Below are positions 59,627-64,000 of a stretch of DNA of 64,000 nt, one piece after another. Below the pieces are notes generated by a model that was not told where the DNA came from, did no database searches, and was given only the letters and a program-made list of their open reading frames with translations. The position numbers and the translations under genes are program-made. Within the stretch, counting starts at the first letter, position 1. Every line of letters starts with the position of its first letter. The stretch covers positions 5,332,001-5,396,000 of the forward strand of contig JAWMAR010000145.1 in NCBI GenBank assembly GCA_036785375.1. The letters run 5' to 3'. The DNA is from Leucoraja ocellata (taxonomy: Eukaryota).

Positions 59627-61509
59627 CTTTCAACGGTTTGACCATTTTAAGGTTTTTCATGCGACTAAACTCAGTTGCAGAATTTTGTCTCATATTCATT
59701 AATTTGGGGATCTTTTACTAAAAAAAAAATCACTTCAGAAGGTTTTGCAATACAATACAGATTAAACTTGATTGAGCAAATAATACTTTCATAATACTGC
59801 ACATCCTAATCAAAGTAAAGCCACCAATTGTTAAATATTTGCAGCATTAAAAGCAAAATCTTTATATATTCTAAATAGTTTATTCTTTCAGGTTGCACAC
59901 TTTGGCACATCTGCCAAAAAAAAAGGAAATATATTTTGTTGATGAAACAAGTAAAATGAATGCTAATTATTTGCACATATTATTTATTAGTGTAAATAAT
60001 AACAGGAAACTATTGCTGTCAATGACAAAATGGCATCATGCATTGGCTTAGAGAACAAAATTAAATTTGTGGAGATATTCAATCTACTTTATAATGTACT
60101 GATATATGAACAATATTACATTATATGAAGTATTACGATATATGGAAACCTAATTTAAACAGATTAAGTAGACAATTGTTTGAATATCTACATCGGTTAT
60201 TTGAAAGTTTATTTTGCGTGTTTTCACATAAAAAGTGTATATTTTGGCAGCAAAACAATTTTCCTCTTCCTATTATTTTAAAACAGTCCTATTGGCATGG
60301 TATACAATGATAACAGGAAATATAGGATAATAGGATTCCTTGAGTTTTTTCTACATATTTAAACCTGCTCTGCCCAGAAAATTAACAGATTTGTAATAAT
60401 TGTCGACATTTATTCTCAATCATCCCATTTTAAGTCATTATAACGTGACTTTTGTGGGTCAACTAAGTACAAATACACAAGATTCTTAATTTCCCAGAAA
60501 TTAATTTCAACACAACCTGCCCTGGCACTATGACAGGCAGCCTTTTACTTCTACTCTGCAAGTTGCTTCAGTCATCAAATACACAGAGAAAAGAATCACT
60601 GTTACAATGGAGGAAGTGATGTGAAATTAGATTACTGCCTTGTGTTCATTTAGAGGTGTCTTGATCCTTTGATTCTGCATTAAATAATTGACTGCCATTT
60701 GAAAAAAAATACACCTGAGCATTATTTGATTAGAGGTTAGCCAAAACATATATTAAAATATTTTTGCATTTTTCTCATTTATTGTGCAAATAAGCCAAAT
60801 AGTCAGTAAAATACCCGATTATTACATTTAAATCCGCTGTAAATCCCTGATAAAAGTTATTCTTCCAAAGTAGTGAACAAATACTTCCACTAATATTGTA
60901 AATGGGGACACTAATAGAAACTATGTATTTTCTACAAGAACATTTCAACTTGATTTGAGACATATTTCATCAAGTCGTCAACTCAAATTCAGTGTGATTT
61001 TGTGTGAGGATTATGAGGAAGAAAATTAAACTTACTCATGAAACACCAACATATCATGCACAAAATTAATCAAAATATTCAATTTCATAACATTTAACAG
61101 TACTTAAAATGTAAACCGATGAACAGAGAGCATACTGGATCAACAACTGGTCGAAGGAGTTGGTTTATAGTGATTGTTTCCACATTTAATAATGAACACA
61201 GGCGGAAATTCTAATGGTGTGTAAATAATTCATATTGATGACATTGTCAATTAACATTGCCTAAATATAATTTTTCCTCACGAGAAACATTCTCATATCA
61301 CCCAATTAGAATTGAAATGGTAAAATATGTCTAACATGGGAAGAGATACAATCTCAATCATTGTTCTCAACAATGAGATAAGATTTCAAATTTACTTGCT
61401 ATGTCTGCAGTGGTTAGTGATTATGCAACATAGCTATGAATCAATCGTATGAAGAAGCTTGACAAATTGCTGAGTAAACAAATCCATGCAAGCCTTAATT
61501 GAATAATGA

Positions 61510-61650
61510 CTGGAGAGAAGGAATGGGTGACGTTTCGAGTCGAGACCCTTAGGGTCTTTCTCTCCTGAGATGCTGCCAGTCCCGTTGAATTATTCTGGCA
61601 TTTTGTGTCTATCTTCATTTAACCCAGCATCTGCAGTTCCTTCTTACACG
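61510..61650. mobile_element. Inverted PLE-tail fragments
   Basis: GGTGACGTTTCGAGTCGAGACCCTT joined to GAGATGCTGCCAGTCCCG...CATTTTGTGTCTATC. Confidence 0.7.
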
Positions 61651-62574
61651 TCAATTGCATAATGAACAGACTCCAACACATTGTGTCTTATGAGGAAAGT
61701 ACGAGAGTTAACAATTTATTCCTGGTCAAACGTAAACTAAAACTCAGAACCTTCAGAAGTCAAATGTAATCATAATTGTGTGCAAAGATATTTCAATGGG
61801 CATCTATTATGCCCTTTAAACTTTGAAGAGGAATAGCATAACTTAGAATTCAATATTGTGCAAGGTGAAATACTGTATTAATATCACCTGTGTAGAAATA
61901 CATCAGAAAACCAGTATTTTCCTCGACAATGTAAAGATTTGTCCATCAAAATCAAAGCAACCCCTTCATGCACTCTGATGTGCACTGAAGTTGTAGTCAG
62001 CTCTGGCTACTCTTTTTTTGAGATATACCGTTACTCTGTCAACAGTACAATCACACAAAGTACCAGATTGCCATTGCAAACGTTCAAAACACTGCACTGC
62101 TTAATGTCTAAAACTCACATATATCAAGTGTCTTATCATCCATTCTACTAAACTAAGACATATCCACCATTTTAGCATTTAAATGTATGTTCTGGGGGAA
62201 AAAAATCTTAAACCTGTTTTGAAACTTTACTGATTCTTGCTAATTTGTAGCCGAGGGATACAATTAAAGTCACATATATCGCCTTAGGTTCTGAGTTATT
62301 ATAGACACGTGCTTGGTTCCTTTCAAAGCTTCACTTTCATTCATTCTCTCCATATTGTCAGTGTTGATTTCGTTGGCCAGATCCACTCTGCATTATCGCA
62401 ACAATTACACCTTTGGCAATTGCCCATAACCCACAACGAGGACTGAAGTGGGAATGTACCAAGGAGTAAAGGAATAAAGCTTCAAGTTAAGATGCGTTTT
62501 GTTAAATCCCAGTAAACAAATTAGGACTAGAGATCGGATTATTCATTTTTGGTAATGTGAAGCAAGGAGGCCAG

Positions 62575-62738
62575 TCACTGGGTGTAACTCTTCTTAATCG
62601 CCACGTTTGGGAAGTTGACGCTGAGTTCTTGTACCACTCGGCTGTCGATTTGGGAGCAGAAGGAAACGTCCAGCAGCTGGAGCTCTTTACAACACTGCAG
62701 CAACTTCTGTAAGGCCCCGGCGCTTACCATTCGCGTTC
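62575..62738 (-). CDS. FBXL4: F-box/LRR-repeat protein 4, last coding exon (rest of gene lies beyond the window end)
   Basis: (G)[53 protein letters not shown] matches the FBXL4 C-terminus (GTRMVS...[11 protein letters not shown]...IKKSFTQ); acceptor TTTTCCCACAG ending at 62739 (phase 1), branch-like CTTAAC at 62779-62774. Confidence 0.93.
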
Positions 62739-63399
62739 CTGTGGGAAAAGTCGAGAAGGAAAGTAAATCATAGGTTAAGTAATCACAAGGAGCCCCCACA
62801 GAGTATTTTCAGATTATTTGATTCCATTTCAGTTTTTCAGCAACTGCAGTTCTTTGGCTTCGAGTAGTAATTTGATCATTTCTGGAACTCCTGACTTACA
62901 ATGTACTTCAGTTGTAAACTCATTGTCAGTGAGCAAATTAATTATTAAGTGTTCTGGTATCAACAGTGATAGACCACTTAACTCCCAAGAAGAGGTTTCA
63001 GGAACAGAGACAGACCTCAGGATTGTTCTACAATTTAACTAAATAACTCATTTGTGTCTGAACACTAAATGCCATCCTTAACTCTTCACATTCTGTCACA
63101 TTTTTTTTAATAACTGACTTAGCCTCAACAATCGTTTATGAGCTTTGAGTGACTGTTTGAATTTTAAGATTGAGTCTTTGCTCTGCACTCTTCCCGCCAG
63201 AATAGATCCGTTCAAACCAACCTATAAAACTCCAGGCACTATTGCAACAGTCTAGGCAACTAGTGCCCATAATTTTAACCCCTTCGTCTTCAATATTAAT
63301 TTTACTTAAATTCCAACAGAATATGAGATTAAGGGATAAATACTCAACTGTTTCTGAACTCAATGACCACTGGATAATGCCTCTTGTGCGCATAATTTA

Positions 63400-64000
63400 A
63401 ACAACTTAACTTAAAGAAAGAAGACTTTGCAGGTATGAGATGGGAATTGGCTAGGATGGACAGGCAAATTATATTTAAAGGGTTGACGGTGGAGATGCAA
63501 TGGCAACAATTTAAAGACCGCATGGATGAACTCCAAAAATTGTTCATCCTTGTCTGGCGAAAAAATATAACTGGAAAGGAGGCTCAACTGTGGCTAACGA
63601 GGGAAATCTAAGATGCTGTTAAATCCAAGACACAGACAGAGAAAATTGGCTAGAGGAAGCAGCAAACTGGAGGATTGGGTGAAATTTAGAACTCAACAGA
63701 GGAGGACAAAGAGGTTAATTAAGATCGGGGGAAAAAATGAGCATGAAAGAAAACTTGCGGGGAATATAAAAACTGACTGTAAAAGTTTCTTCAGATATGT
63801 AAAAAGGAAAAGATTAGTGAACACAAATGTAGGTCCCTTACAATTAGAGACAGATGAATTTATAATGGGAAACAAGGAATTGGCAGAACAGTTAAACGAG
63901 TACTTTGGTTCTGTCTTCACTAAGGAAGACACAAACAATCTCCCAGAAATACTAGGGGACCAAGGATCTCGTGGGAGGGAGGAACTGAAGGGAATCCACA
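63400..64000 (+). mobile_element. CR1 LINE ORF2 fragment in an FBXL4 intron (continues past the window)
   Basis: DFAGMRWELARMD..GLTVEMQWQQFKD and KLAGNIKTDCKSFFRYVKRKRLVNTNVGPL...AEQLNEYFGSVFTKED. Confidence 0.9.

Noticed and set aside
62739-62799. N-terminal 20 aa of ORF 62575-62799
   Set aside because: Intronic: a polypyrimidine tract and CAG acceptor precede GTRMVS.
62829-63038. Minus frame ending LLLEAKELQLLKN*, echoing KELQLL of the FBXL4 exon
   Set aside because: No LRR pattern beyond six residues and no convincing splice sites; probably chance.

Overview
Vertebrate genomic DNA, almost certainly from a cartilaginous fish (HE1-type tRNA-SINEs, CR1/HER1-type LINE tails, DeuSINE relics), with two short N gaps. 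It holds the intronless class III POU gene POU3F2/Brn2 (+, 26288-27463) in a CpG-rich, transposon-poor domain. About 35 kb downstream is the last coding exon of FBXL4 (-, 62575-62738), the same tail-to-tail order as human 6q16. Most other ORFs are artefacts of CR1, Penelope-like (PLE), Rex/Babar, L2-clade and SINE fragments. Two things stand out. First, upstream of POU3F2 on the minus strand (about 9.7-12 kb, with a related piece near 23 kb) lies a decayed, codon-structured repeat rich in IKPE/IKxE (SUMO-consensus-like) motifs, possibly the relic of an unannotated gene divergent from POU3F2. Second, many PLE-derived hammerhead-ribozyme-like motifs occur, including two ~97 bp mini-elements with perfect target-site duplications and a back-to-back palindromic pair. 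All family assignments come from reading the sequence and recalled consensus motifs; no searches were run, and repeat boundaries are approximate.
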